A stretch of 64,000 bases of DNA, taken from an uncultured virus (IMG/VR IMGVR_UViG_3300049846_002026) (taxonomy: Duplodnaviria; Heunggongvirae; Uroviricota; Caudoviricetes). The notes under the pieces are model-generated. The model did not search any database. It had not been told where the DNA came from and saw only the letters and a program-made list of their open reading frames with translations. A program made the position numbers and the translations under genes. Within the stretch, counting starts at the first letter, position 1; each line of letters opens with the position of its first letter. The DNA lies in IMG/VR virus record IMGVR_UViG_3300049846_002026; one strand, 5' to 3'. Positions 1-11,400 of the stretch are shown one piece after another.

Positions 1-518
1 GCCCACGATCCCGTAAAGAGGGCAGCACTGCTGATTGTGCCGCGCATTGCCGTGCTCATGCTAGACAAGCCGCGCAAAATGATGCTGTCGGCAGCAGTGA
101 ATGTCACGAAATCGAACACCACTGAGACCATTTCGCCTAGCGTTACCGTGCGATTGGTGCTCAGCGCCACACGGTTCCAGGCAGTTGCTGTGGGGCCGGT
201 GCCTGCCGCGGACACAAACGACTGGTCCACCACACCGTCTGGTTGCAACGGCGGGCCAGCGGTCGTCGACACATTTTGCAGACTCACCCGGTACTGACTG
301 GAGCCGCCAAATGACGCCACTGCACCCGCATTGAAATGCACGTGGCTGACGTCCTTGGACGTGTCACTCCGATCGGGCCACCACACTTGCCCCGAAACCG
401 CACCTTGCTCGGTGTTAGCGTCAAGCGTGAACATGGTGACCAGGCCAACCGTCGTGTTCAAGGTCCCTGTGGTTGCAGGCCACAGCATGGATGCGCCTGT
501 GAGTCGTTGTAGTGCCAT
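1..518 (-). CDS. Tail/virion structural protein, truncated by window edge; paralog of 38453..39604
   Basis: Hand-translated ORF absent from the track: ATG at 518, MALQRLTGASMLWPATTGTLNTTVGLVTMFTLDANTEQ..., open to position 1; beta-rich; downstream of tape measure gene. Confidence 0.75.
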   Translation of the reverse strand, partial: MALQRLTGASMLWPATTGTLNTTVGLVTMFTLDANTEQGAVSGQVWWPDRSDTSKDVSHVHFNAGAVASFGGSSQYRVSLQNVSTTAGPPLQPDGVVDQSFVSAAGTGPTATAWNRVALSTNRTVTLGEMVSVVFDFVTFTAADSIILRGLSSMSTAMRGTISSAALFTGSW

Positions 519-614
519 GAGATCCCCTGTTATGTGTGCGCTCCGCACCAATCAGTGCGCGAGATCGCTGCCGCTGTCCAGTACCACGGCGCTTGGCGAT
601 GTTGATTAGTGGTA

Positions 615-1493
615 TTACGGACCTTCTCCTGGTGTGTACTCGCCACACCAGTCCGTATCACTGACCGCAAAGCAGCCTTGGTGACTGTGCAGCAAAAGAT
701 CGGCCCAATCAGTGCCACCCTGCCCGTTGTTACCGCAGTACCAACGCCCAACGCCGGTATTAAACAAGGCCTCGCTACCCGCGTTAAACCCACCACCGTA
801 CGCCGACAGGCTCTGCGTATCGTTGGAGTTGCGCAGATCATCATCGTCATAGAGCAACGTACCGGCCGCGTTGTAGACTCGGCCGCTCATGGTAAACCCG
901 GTCGTGCTTGTGCGTGTGATTCGAACTTCGAATCGATACGTCACATTTCTAGTCAGCACTGGGAAGTACCAAGAGGCGTTTGGAAATGAAGCACCCATGC
1001 CGCTGGCCGTGAACAAAAACGGTTGCCATTCCGTAGACGACAAGGTGGCTCCCACAAAGGAAGTGGTCGTGAAACAGCCCAGTCCCCACACTTCGGAGTT
1101 ATCAGTCTCGATCGGATGCGTCTGGTTATCGCTTAGCCCTGGGCTCATGGCAAACCGGAACTTAAACCGCCAGTAGCGACTGGATCCGATCCCCATCGTA
1201 GGAAATGGCGTCGTAGGGGAGTAGGTCACTCCCCACCCGCTAGTGGCCGTACGCAATCGCATTTCAAGACAGTTCGTGGAGCCAAAGTCAAGGCCAGTTG
1301 CCGACACAATCGTTTTACCCTGGCCGTACGCGGCGCGCTCCCAGTTGGAGTTACCTGCTGGCCCGTCGGCGAGCGCGTCCAGCGACGTCCCCGTCGCGTA
1401 GTCAAACGCCGACGCCCAGATGAGACTACTCCCACCGCCCGAGGGCGGCGCTACAAAAAGGCGCTGTACTGGAGCTGGGTAGTTTGTGAGCAT
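615..1493 (-). CDS. Putative tail/receptor-binding protein (beta-rich, lectin/lyase-like composition)
   Basis: 292 aa, rich in W/G/T/S; position in the tail module. Confidence 0.55.
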   Translation of the reverse strand: MLTNYPAPVQRLFVAPPSGGGSSLIWASAFDYATGTSLDALADGPAGNSNWERAAYGQGKTIVSATGLDFGSTNCLEMRLRTATSGWGVTYSPTTPFPTMGIGSSRYWRFKFRFAMSPGLSDNQTHPIETDNSEVWGLGCFTTTSFVGATLSSTEWQPFLFTASGMGASFPNASWYFPVLTRNVTYRFEVRITRTSTTGFTMSGRVYNAAGTLLYDDDDLRNSNDTQSLSAYGGGFNAGSEALFNTGVGRWYCGNNGQGGTDWADLLLHSHQGCFAVSDTDWCGEYTPGEGP

Positions 1494-1501
1494 GGGTGCC
1501 G

Positions 1502-2335
1502 TTATCCGAGATCGAAAGCTGTAGACGCAAAGGCTGTCGAGCTAAACGCCGTCGCACTGAACGCTGCGGAACCCGGAACAGCTGCCCCCGTCAACGTGTT
1601 GGTGTCGAGGGTGTGGACCGCAGAGGTATCGTCAACCACGAACACCAAGCGACTGCTGCTGTACCGCACCGCGCCACCTTCACTACGAATCTCGCGCGTC
1701 ACCTCGACCACTCGCGCACGAAACCAGACCGGCTGTTGCCAGGTCAGCAGAATGTCGCTGTTGTTCAGCGTGTCCGACGAGAAGCTGTCTTCGAGTGTAA
1801 GACTTGTGTTGGACGCGGCTGTCACACGCCGCCGTTCATACGCAGCCGAGCTTCCACCAGTGGCTGGAAGAATCTCCAGCCAACTGTTGCCTAGCGCGCT
1901 GGTGTGCACCACTCCCGACAGATCTGGGATCGACACAGTGGTGCCGCTGATCGCCGCATTCGTGAACAAGATCGAACGCCGCAGCTGCATACCGTCTGCC
2001 GTGCCATCGTACACGTAGATGTACGGACTCTGCCCCAGCGTTTGCCGGTCTCGTGCACGCAGGCTACGCAGCATGTGATACTGGCGTTCGTACGGAAGCA
2101 CTTCACTCCCGTAGTTGCTCCAGGTCCAGGTGTGGCGGCGTCCATCGTGTGTCGATCGCTGCACCACGACCCGTCCGTCTGCAGTTTCCTGGATGTTGCC
2201 AATGTCCTGCCAGGGGTATTCAACGGTTGTCGGATACGGATAGAGTTGCGTTTCCACCGAGGACTTGGAGCCCGCGGTGGTCGCCGGCGCCACCCAATAG
2301 CCACTTTTCAGTGCCTCAGTTAGTCCAGCCGGCAT
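1502..2335 (-). CDS. Putative distal tail / tail-tip protein
   Basis: First gene after tape measure; AGGAGG RBS; ends in repeated (S/A)xAF pentapeptides. Confidence 0.55.
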   Translation of the reverse strand: MPAGLTEALKSGYWVAPATTAGSKSSVETQLYPYPTTVEYPWQDIGNIQETADGRVVVQRSTHDGRRHTWTWSNYGSEVLPYERQYHMLRSLRARDRQTLGQSPYIYVYDGTADGMQLRRSILFTNAAISGTTVSIPDLSGVVHTSALGNSWLEILPATGGSSAAYERRRVTAASNTSLTLEDSFSSDTLNNSDILLTWQQPVWFRARVVEVTREIRSEGGAVRYSSSRLVFVVDDTSAVHTLDTNTLTGAAVPGSAAFSATAFSSTAFASTAFDLG

Positions 2336-2379
2336 GCCCGCCTCCTAGTTCAAACACCCCTGGCAGTTGCGCTGCGCAA

Positions 2380-2415
2380 CTACAGTATGTCGTTGTGTAT
2401 GTGTAACAATCGTAA
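2380..2415 (-). promoter_or_regulatory. Candidate phage late promoter TTACG-N18-CGACATACTG
   Basis: One of six copies of a bipartite motif; intergenic between tape measure and the next tail gene. Confidence 0.7.
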
Positions 2416-2425
2416 GCGATTACGC

Positions 2426-5400
2426 TTACATCTCCCGCACATCGAAGCTTCCACCACGCATACCAAGCTCCTTGCGCAGCGACTTCGCCACGGCATCTGC
2501 CAAAGCGTCAGGACTCTGCCGTGCTGTCCCATACACATTGATCGTAATGCCGCCGCCCGCTGCCACCCCACCCGGCCGATACGTCGGAACCGAGAAGTTG
2601 GCCGGCACATTCAACAGACGGGAGTCAAGGCGCAGGAGCTGCGTCTGGACCTCCATGACCTCCAGCTGTGTCGCGGTGTTCCGTTCGATCTTCTCCAGCG
2701 CTGCCATGGCCGGATCCTGCTTCGGCGTGCTCTTGCCGAACAGGCCGCCCACCAGGCCGCCCAGGAGGCCGCCTACCATGCCCCCGACCGGGCCCCAACT
2801 GGAACCGATGCCCATGCCGATGCTCGCACCTTCCGACGCGTAGCTCTCCTTGCCGCGGCCCTGAATCTGTCCGCCGAGCCAGGCACCGCCGTAGCTGCCA
2901 GCCATCTGCATGGCCGAGCCCAGCAGCTGCTGCTTCACACCCGCCCACTTCTGCGAGCTGGTGCCGAAGCCCAGGGGATTGAAGCCCGTGGTGCCAGTGA
3001 AGCTGGCGTTGGCCACATTGTTGATGTGGAACGGACTGGTCGGGTCGTTGCTCATCAGAAGCGACTGCCACGCTACGCCACCGCCCACATCTCCGATCGT
3101 CAGTCCGGTGTTCCCCATACCAGGAATCATCAACGGTGTTCTGTTCATCCGAGCCGCCTCGTTCTGCTCAAACGAATAGCGCAGGGTTTCCGTGCCCTGC
3201 ATGAAGCCGGTGATGATGGCTTCCTGCGTCAGATATGCGCCGTTCATGAACTCTGTACGCATACGATCACCAAACACACTCGCCGGCCCCACAAGGGAGT
3301 CAACGAAACGCTCAACCGCCACGTTCTGGAACGTGGCAGCTACGCCTTCCACCAGCTGCTTGCCCGGCTGGGCAGTCAGCGTACGGTAGTCCGCCAGCAC
3401 GGCCTTCAGGTTGCCGCCAAGTGCGTCGGTGAGTCCTTGCGCCTGACGGTTACGCTCTGTCGCCCGGCGGCCGTTCTCCGCGGCTACAATCCGCCGCTCC
3501 TCAAACGACAATGACGCTAGCTGAGAGTCGCGCTGTGTGATGATACCAGCCCCCTCACGGCCTACCGCAAAGCGCAGCGAGTCTCCGGTCAGGCCTTGGC
3601 GGGCCAGCCGTTCTTGCAGCCCTTCTAGTGCAATGTCTGCCGTCTGACGAATATCCTGCGCACGAAGCGCCACGGCGCTGAGCCGCGCGGCAGCCGACTC
3701 ATCCGGACGACGACGCGCATCATAGATCTGTTGGGCGATCTCGATCTGCTGCGTGCGCAGTCCGATATCGCCGCTAGCGCGAATAGTAGCCAGCTGTGTA
3801 CGCCGCTGAATGTCCGTGATATCCATGTCCCGCTTGAATACATCTGCGGCCTCTTCGCCGAACCGTGCGGCTGCCATGGCGATCTGTTGTGGGATAGTCT
3901 TACCCGTAGTCAACAGCTCGGTCCAAAACTTGTTGATGGCGGCCACTTGTTCAGCAGTAGACCCCTTGCCAGATAGCGCCTTCTCCATCAGATCGCGAAG
4001 ACCTGGGATGATACCACCGAACTCCTTCTCCAGGGCGGGGCTTACTTCTAGTGCCTTTTGCACATCGCCAAAGAACTGCGTGAACTGATATTGGTTAGCA
4101 ACCAGCGCGGCCCGCATCCGTCCTAGATTCTCGGAGTCTGGTGCCAGCTCACCGTCGCGCCCCACTCCAGAGCGCTCTGCCCGCGTTAGTGTTTCGTCGA
4201 GCGATGCGCCAATAGCGATCCCTTCGAACTGCGCACGAATCTCCTTGGGGGAGGCAAACCGCTCGGCTACTGCTACACGCAGCAGATCGTTGAGCAACGG
4301 CCCGCGCACTTGCGTTTCTAGCCGCGACAGATCTGTTACTAGGTTCTGGGTTGCAGCAGCCCGTGCTGTGAGGGGGTCATACTGCAAGCCGTAGCCCATC
4401 AACATCTGACTCGACGAGATCTCACTCTGCCGCTCGATGTAGCGCAGGTACGGTTGGAGGAACTGCGACCGCATGCGGAAGCTACCGCTGCCCAGTTCGG
4501 CCAGATCGGCCCGTGAGGACTCGCGATTACGCTGGTCCAGCAAACTGCGCGTTACACGGCCCAGTTCTTCCGCGGTCAAATCCGCGCCCTTGGCCGCCTT
4601 TGCCATAGCCTGCGCCAAGGCTTGCGCTTCCTTACCGATTCCGTTCAGCTCCGTGGCTGCAGCCTTGCCAGAATCGGCCAGTTCTGCGTTACCGTTCTGC
4701 CCGGGAAGTGTGATACCGGCTGTTTCCAGCGCAATACGCGCCATGTCGCGCACCAGCGCATCACGGTTGCCCAGCTGCTCGGCGGCGCCGCGAAGGCTTG
4801 GATCCCGTGCGAGAATGTCTTCTGTACGAAGCTGTGTGAACGCACCGAGACGATCGTACATGCCAGCGCCGACCGGCAAAGCACCCAGGCGCTCTTCGGC
4901 CATACGCAACCGCAACGATTCGAACCGCTCCACGTCACGCTGTGACGCGCCATACGCACTGGCTAGCGCACTGGCTACCGCCGTGCCAAAGCCGACTGTG
5001 CGATTCTGGCCGCGCTCTTCCACAAGCTGTTGCAGCGTCGTTGTCTGCCCGTTGATCTGCACCTGCCGGCGTCCGAAGGACGTGGCCCAGTTGGCAGAGC
5101 CCACCTGGAACAAATCATCAAGGGTACCGCTATACTGCTTGTTACGCCGATTCGCCAACCGCTGCTGAAGTTCATTGCTCGGCACAAGGGCATCGTACCA
5201 CCGCTTGACGCCCTTGTCGGTCAGCTCCGACGTCAGACGGCCGACGTCGAACGCTTCTGTCGAGTACTTGGAGAACGCGTCAGCAGCCGAACGGCTGTAC
5301 GCGTCGGTTTCGATACGTGCTCCGGCCATGACCAGACGCAGCGACTCGAACGCAGTATTGATCTGCTCGGTTTCTGTGCCAAGGTTCTCAAACGACGGAA

Positions 5401-8400
5401 TCGCATCTTGGAACACATCCAGAACCTGCTTGTTCACGAAGTCAGTGGCCGTCGTATTCACGTACCGGTTCGGATCAGACGAAGGCAGCAAGAACCGCTC
5501 ATAGGTTCCTTTACCGTACTTGTCGTCGAAGGTGTCACGAATACGGGCCAAGGCCTGCCTACTGAGGCTTTCGAGCTGTTCTGGGGAGGTACCCACGCGG
5601 CTAGACAGTTCGCTGATGCGGGTGGTGTACTCGTCCCGCTCCCGCGACGTGTCCTGTGCCCGCGTGCGCCACGACGACAAGCCCATGAACTCACTCTCGT
5701 TTGCCACATTCCAGGCATTGCGCATGCTCTGCAGTGCAGCAAACCCAACGAGGCCTGTTGCACCAAGGCCCAGGGCGCGGCTGCCCGCTCCGAAGAAGCG
5801 GCTGAGCATATCAGCACCCGGCGCGAGCGCACCAGCAGCATTGGGCACCAGCGCAGCTGCCGCTCGACCAGCCAGGTTGCGCGAACCCAGACCGACCAGA
5901 GCAGCAAGACCGGCCGTAAGCACGGCACCACCAGAGCCGCCCGCCCCTTCTGCCATGCTGCTCAGAAGCTTGGCCAGTTGGTTCAGACCGAATGTTACGC
6001 CCTTGATCGCACCGCTGGTATCCAGAGTGTTGCGGACCAAGGCGAAGAATGCCGTTTGCACCTGTGCCGCCCGTCCGGCCACAGAGTCGAGGGCCATCTC
6101 TGTACGGCGCTGTGTTTCGCCGAAGGCTTCCGACGACTCAGCAGAGATCTCCTTCACGCGATCGAAGTTTTCTAGCAGCGGCGCGATCACACCCGCCTGC
6201 CGCGCACCTGCGAAAGTCGTGAGCAGCTCCAGAGCCCGGACACTGTCCTGGTCCTTTCCGCTCGTACGCAACCGGTTGTACTCATTGGCCACGTCGCTGA
6301 AGATGTCCTGCAGCGGACGCAGCTGCTTCGGATCCGCGCCGCCCAGCTTGATGCCAAACCGATCCTGGAGGGCGTTCGCCGACTCTGGCTGCGCCAGTCG
6401 GCTGATCACGAAGCGCAGCGCGGTGGCCGCCTGGTTACCGCTGACACGAGTGCTCTCGATGATCTGCGTAGAGGCACCCATGACGGTGCCGAAGGCGTCC
6501 ACTCCGCCCAGCGACTCCGGCTGGAACTGTCGTGCCACCGCACCAGCACGCTGAATGCCCTGCGCTAGGTCCTGTGAGGTCACGGCGTAACGCGCTTCGA
6601 TGCGGCTGACACGATCGAGAATGTCCATCGGCTGCGTGTTTCCGCCGCTGATGGTACGAGCTGCAATCAGGAACTCAGATGCCTGGGAAGCATCAAACCC
6701 GGCACCCTGCTGTGCTGCCAGCGAGGCCCGTGTGAGGGTTTCGATTTCTGACGGATCGGCGCCGATCTGTGCGTAGATGCGCGCAGCCGACAGCGCCTCA
6801 GTCAAAGGAACGCCGTAATCGAGAGCCGACCGTGTGACCGAGCGGCCGATCTGATCGCGCTGTGCCGCTGAGCCCGTCTCCAGCACACCCTGAATCTTGC
6901 GCAGCTCTAGGTCGAACTGCACAACCTGTCGTGTCGTGGCGCGAAGCGCGTTGGCAAACGAATACACCACGCCACCAGCCATCGTGTACTCCGACAGCTG
7001 CATGACCTTACGAGCCAGGCCCTCGCCAAAGCCACTCCAGCCAGGTGGGCGCTGATTGCTACCAGTGACACGCTTGTCCAAGGATGCATCAAACGTCTTA
7101 CCCGCCGCTTCCGCCGCCTGGCGAACGTTGCGGATGACCTCTTCCATCTGCTTGAAGTCCTTGATCGGGACGCCCAGGTGCTTGCTCATGTCCTCCAGCA
7201 CTTGCTTTTCGACCTTGCCCAGGGTGGTCATGTCGGTCTTCAGCAGTGCGATGCTCTTGGCCAGGGCGTCAACCGCCTTGTTGGCTTGACCCGGCGTCTT
7301 TGCATTGAAGAGATTCGCCAACGCCCCCTGCGCGGCTTCGAGCTCCTTCTTGGCCGCCTCTTGGGTGACATCTGTTCCGCTGTTGCGAAACTTCTGGCTG
7401 GCTGCGCTAGCGAGCTCTAGTGCCTTTTGCGCCTCTGCGAGCTTTTCTTGTGCGTCGGCAGTACGCGCAGTAATGCCCAGACGGCCAGTTCCGCCCTCCT
7501 TGGAGCTACGCGCTTCAGCCTCTGCCAACTGCGCGCGTTCCAGTTCAGACTGCCGCTGCTGTACTCGTGCAAACGCTTCGTTCTCCTTCAAAATCGCCTT
7601 ATCAAACGACGTAGGCCCCGCAGTAGCTGCTACCTGAGCCTGCTTTACGCGCTCTTGTAGTGCTTTTGCCGCAGCGTACTTGGCTTCGTCTTCCGTCAAC
7701 GCGCCTTGCATCACACTACGCTGGCGCAGAAGCGCCTCCGCCATAGCCTCGCCGCGGCCTGCAGTAAGATACTGCTTGCCGAGTCCGACCATGCCGACCG
7801 CGCTCGTGTCACCGGTTGCGGCCAGTACCTGCGCCGCCTGCAACCGTGCAATCATGCGGTTCTGCAGACTGGTGTCGAAGGTGCGCGCCTGGCGCATCCG
7901 CTCTTCTGGATCCGCTGTATTTTCCGCCACCAGCATCGCCGAACTGGCACTACCGGTGGTGGTACGAATGCGGTTACGCAGCTTACGCAGATCCCCCAAC
8001 AACTCCTGTGGATTCTCCGCGTAGAACGCCGAGTCACGGTTGGTGGAGAGTCCTACATCCGGGAAGCCAGAACGGCTTTCGCGTGCCATGCGCTGCAGCT
8101 GGGCACGGACATCACGAGACTCGCGAACGTCGTAACGAGCGTTCGCGCGATCGATCTCTCCACGAGTCTTGGCATCTTGGCGCTCTGCTTCAGTGCGCAC
8201 CCGAGCGTCCGCCAACAAGTTGGCCTTGGTGACCTGGGCACGCTGATCGATCGGCAGTGAGGATAGGGCTGCCGACGCTGCTGTAGCTCCGGCGCCAAGC
8301 ACAGCCTTGCCTTCGGCCCAGTTCATGATTTGAACTGGAACAACACCACCGCCGCCAGACGGCATGCTTGCCAAGAAGTTGGCCGGACCGCCTGGTCCGC

Positions 8401-11400
8401 CACCGAAGCCACCACCACCTAGCGGGGCACCGAATAGGGTACGCATCGCCTGGAGGCTTGCTGCCGTTACCTGCGGATCGCCAGTTTGCGAGTTACCGCG
8501 ACGCGCTGGATCACCGTACCGCACGTCGATCGGTAGAACACTGCCGCCGGCCACGTCAAAGCCAGCACCGCGCAGCAGTTCACCGTACACACCAACCTGA
8601 CTCGTCCACGAAGACAAGCTCTTGCCTAGACGATTTCCGGTCCAAGCGTTACCAGCCAGGCTAGACTTTGCGTCGATGACCTGCACACGGCCGTTAGGAT
8701 CGATAGCAAACACGTCCGCCGTTCCGGTGACGCCGTACTTCTCGCCCTCCTTGGCACCGCGGGTAAGCCGTAGATCAGACTGTGACGCAAAGAGCGCGTA
8801 CCCTTGCTCTTCGAGTGACTGCTTCCAGCGGCCGGCATCAGACACATACGCCTGAAACGCCTGCTCGTCCTTGAAGGTGGTGCGACCGTGCATCCGCGGA
8901 TCGGTCGACTTCAGCAGGTACTCGTCCCACTTCTTGACCTTACCGGTCACCACATCGCGCAAAACTTCGTCCACCCCCGTGCCAACCACGGTGGCAGACG
9001 TGTCCTCCATCGGCTTGCGATTCCGTGGATCAGCAATATCCGTTTCGCCCTTCGCGTACGCCGTCGCGCGCAGGGTCTTCTCGCCAGTCACCTTGTTGAT
9101 GTAGTGCGAGCCATCAGGCGCCAGCTCCAGGGCGGAGTTAGCTACCGCCATCGCCTCCATGCGCCGAATCGTAGCAGCCTGCGCCGGGGTTAGACCGCGG
9201 TTAGGGCCGCTGAACGCCGTCATCTGCACGTCCGCGGGCATAATGCCAGCCAGCATCGCGGCCTCCGCACCGCCACTGTCGACCATGCGTGCTTCAGCCG
9301 CAGTCAGCAGCAGCTGCCGACCACCTACATTACGGCCCAGGCGGGCGAGCTTCTCGTCGTTGGGCCCGAGGAATGCTCCGCCCTGTTCTAGCTCCTTGGA
9401 CGCTTCGCTGATCTGGCGCTCAAGGGTGTCCAGGGTGGACCGGTACGCCATCGGGTCCATCTGCGAGGCGCGACGTGACGGCTTGAGCTCGCCACTGTTA
9501 ATCGCCCGCACATAGTCCATCACAATGCGCGGATCGGTTTGGGTCGGATCCAGGCGTGCGTCTGGTGCGGCCGAGGCGGAGCCAAGGCCGAAGGCTACTT
9601 CATCTGGGAGCTCACCTTGCACCAGCTGCTGTCGCAGTAGCATGCGCGACTGCATCCAGGCTTCCATCGCGTTGCGCCGCGCGGCCGACTGTGCCAGAAA
9701 CTGCAGATTGCCCGGGCTCTGCATGCCAGGTGTGTTGAGCGGGCTCAGGAACAAGCGGCTCTCGTAGTCTTCGCGGCTTCCTGGTTCAGTGAAGTTCCGC
9801 TGTCCGTTGTCCAGCTCTGAGCGGGTCAGCAAATCCAAGTTACGGGCGCCACGAAGCTCGCGGTACGCTGCCACAAACGGTCCGCGGCCGGTCGTATCAT
9901 TCGCAAAGAATGGAGCGAGATCCGGATCCTTCAGCATCTGTTGTACGAGCGGGTGGTCGGTGCCCTGCAAGGAGCGACCAGCCCGGAACAAGCGCGCCAG
10001 CACAGTGCCCAGGGCGGGCGGAATGACCGTGCCCTCAGACTCTGCAGCGATGGCTAGCTGCCGATTAGGTGAGTCTGGGCCTGGGAAGTATGAACGCCGC
10101 AGCTGATCTTCGATCTGCTTTGCACGTGCCTCAGGATCTGTCTTTGGCTTTTCGATCTCCAGGTTCGTGCTATTCTTGAAGCTTTGCCACCGGGCCAGCT
10201 GCTCCTTGAACTGCAGTTCCATCGCCGTTTCGGCGAAAGTCGGGGCGGCTTCGTTGGCGAAGATCACGTCCCGATACTTGCTCACCAGATTCTGGAACAT
10301 CTGCGCAGGATTGGTGCGCAGCGTCCGACGCGGCAAAAACTGATTGCCCGTCCGATATACCGCACCGATAGTGTCGTTGCGTACAAAGCCGCTGTCATCC
10401 TCGGCATTCACCGCTTCGGCAGCCATCGCCATGAGGCTGCTACGATTCGCCATGCGGGCTTCTGCACGCGCCGCATGCGCCGGGCTAATCGCCCGCGCGA
10501 CCGCAGCCGCACGAGCCGCCCCAGCGTCTGAGAGGGGTTCTCCGCGGAAGTCGTTCGCGTCGATATCCGGCGTAACGTTACGGCCACCTCCCGCCGGAGG
10601 TGCCGCACGCAATCCTTCCAGAACGGCACGAGCAATCGTACGCCCCATCTCAGCCCAGGCTTCCTTGTCGGTTCCCTTGGTCGAAGGAGACGTACCCAGG
10701 GGGACACCGCTAAACCCGGACGTGTTGTGCCGCAGCCGAGTGTTCGCATCCAGGAGGTGCTTGACCATGTTCTCGATCTGGTCACCAAATGCCTGGAACC
10801 GCTGCTCGTACCGCCGCTTCGACGACTCATTCTCGATCTGGGTAGCGCCTAGCGTGCTGCCCTCACGCTGCATGAGCTGCTTGAGCATGTCACGCACTGT
10901 GCTGGCGGTCGTCTTGTCCGCCGATGCCTTGACGGCCTCCTCCACGAACTTCTTGAGGGTGTTGATTTCCGTATGCGGGTTCCGACGTTCCGCCGCCTGC
11001 GCGCCCGTCAGTGCGGTGCGCAGACCTTGCAACGCCTCTTGGATCTTGACTTCTGAACGACCCGCACGATCGGAAGCAGGCACACGACGGCTTTCCTCAG
11101 CCGATGGCGCACCACCTGGAGCCAAGGCGCGCAACACCTTGAGGATCTCCTGACCCGTCTTCTCGGTCATGCCGCCGGCTTCAGCCGTACCGGTAGCCAT
11201 GTCCTGGAAGTTCTTGTACGTCGACGTCTTGCCGCCGATCTTCATGTTCGCCAGCTCTTGCAGTTTGGCGCGCAGGTCCTTCTTCAGGTCTGCGAGCACA
11301 TCGTCGCTGACCTTGATCTTGAACTCGCCGCCTTCCTTCAGCAACTGCTGCAGCGCCAAGAGCTCGTTGCGTACTTCAACGAGCTGCTTGGTGCCTTCTG

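Noticed and set aside
530..700. DGR template/variable repeat pair
   Set aside because: Differences are synonymous and not adenine-specific, nucleotide identity is low, and no reverse transcriptase is seen.
8480..9110. Cas4 gene or CRISPR system
   Set aside because: No Fe-S cysteines, no repeat-spacer array and no other cas genes; the domain is in frame within the tape measure protein.
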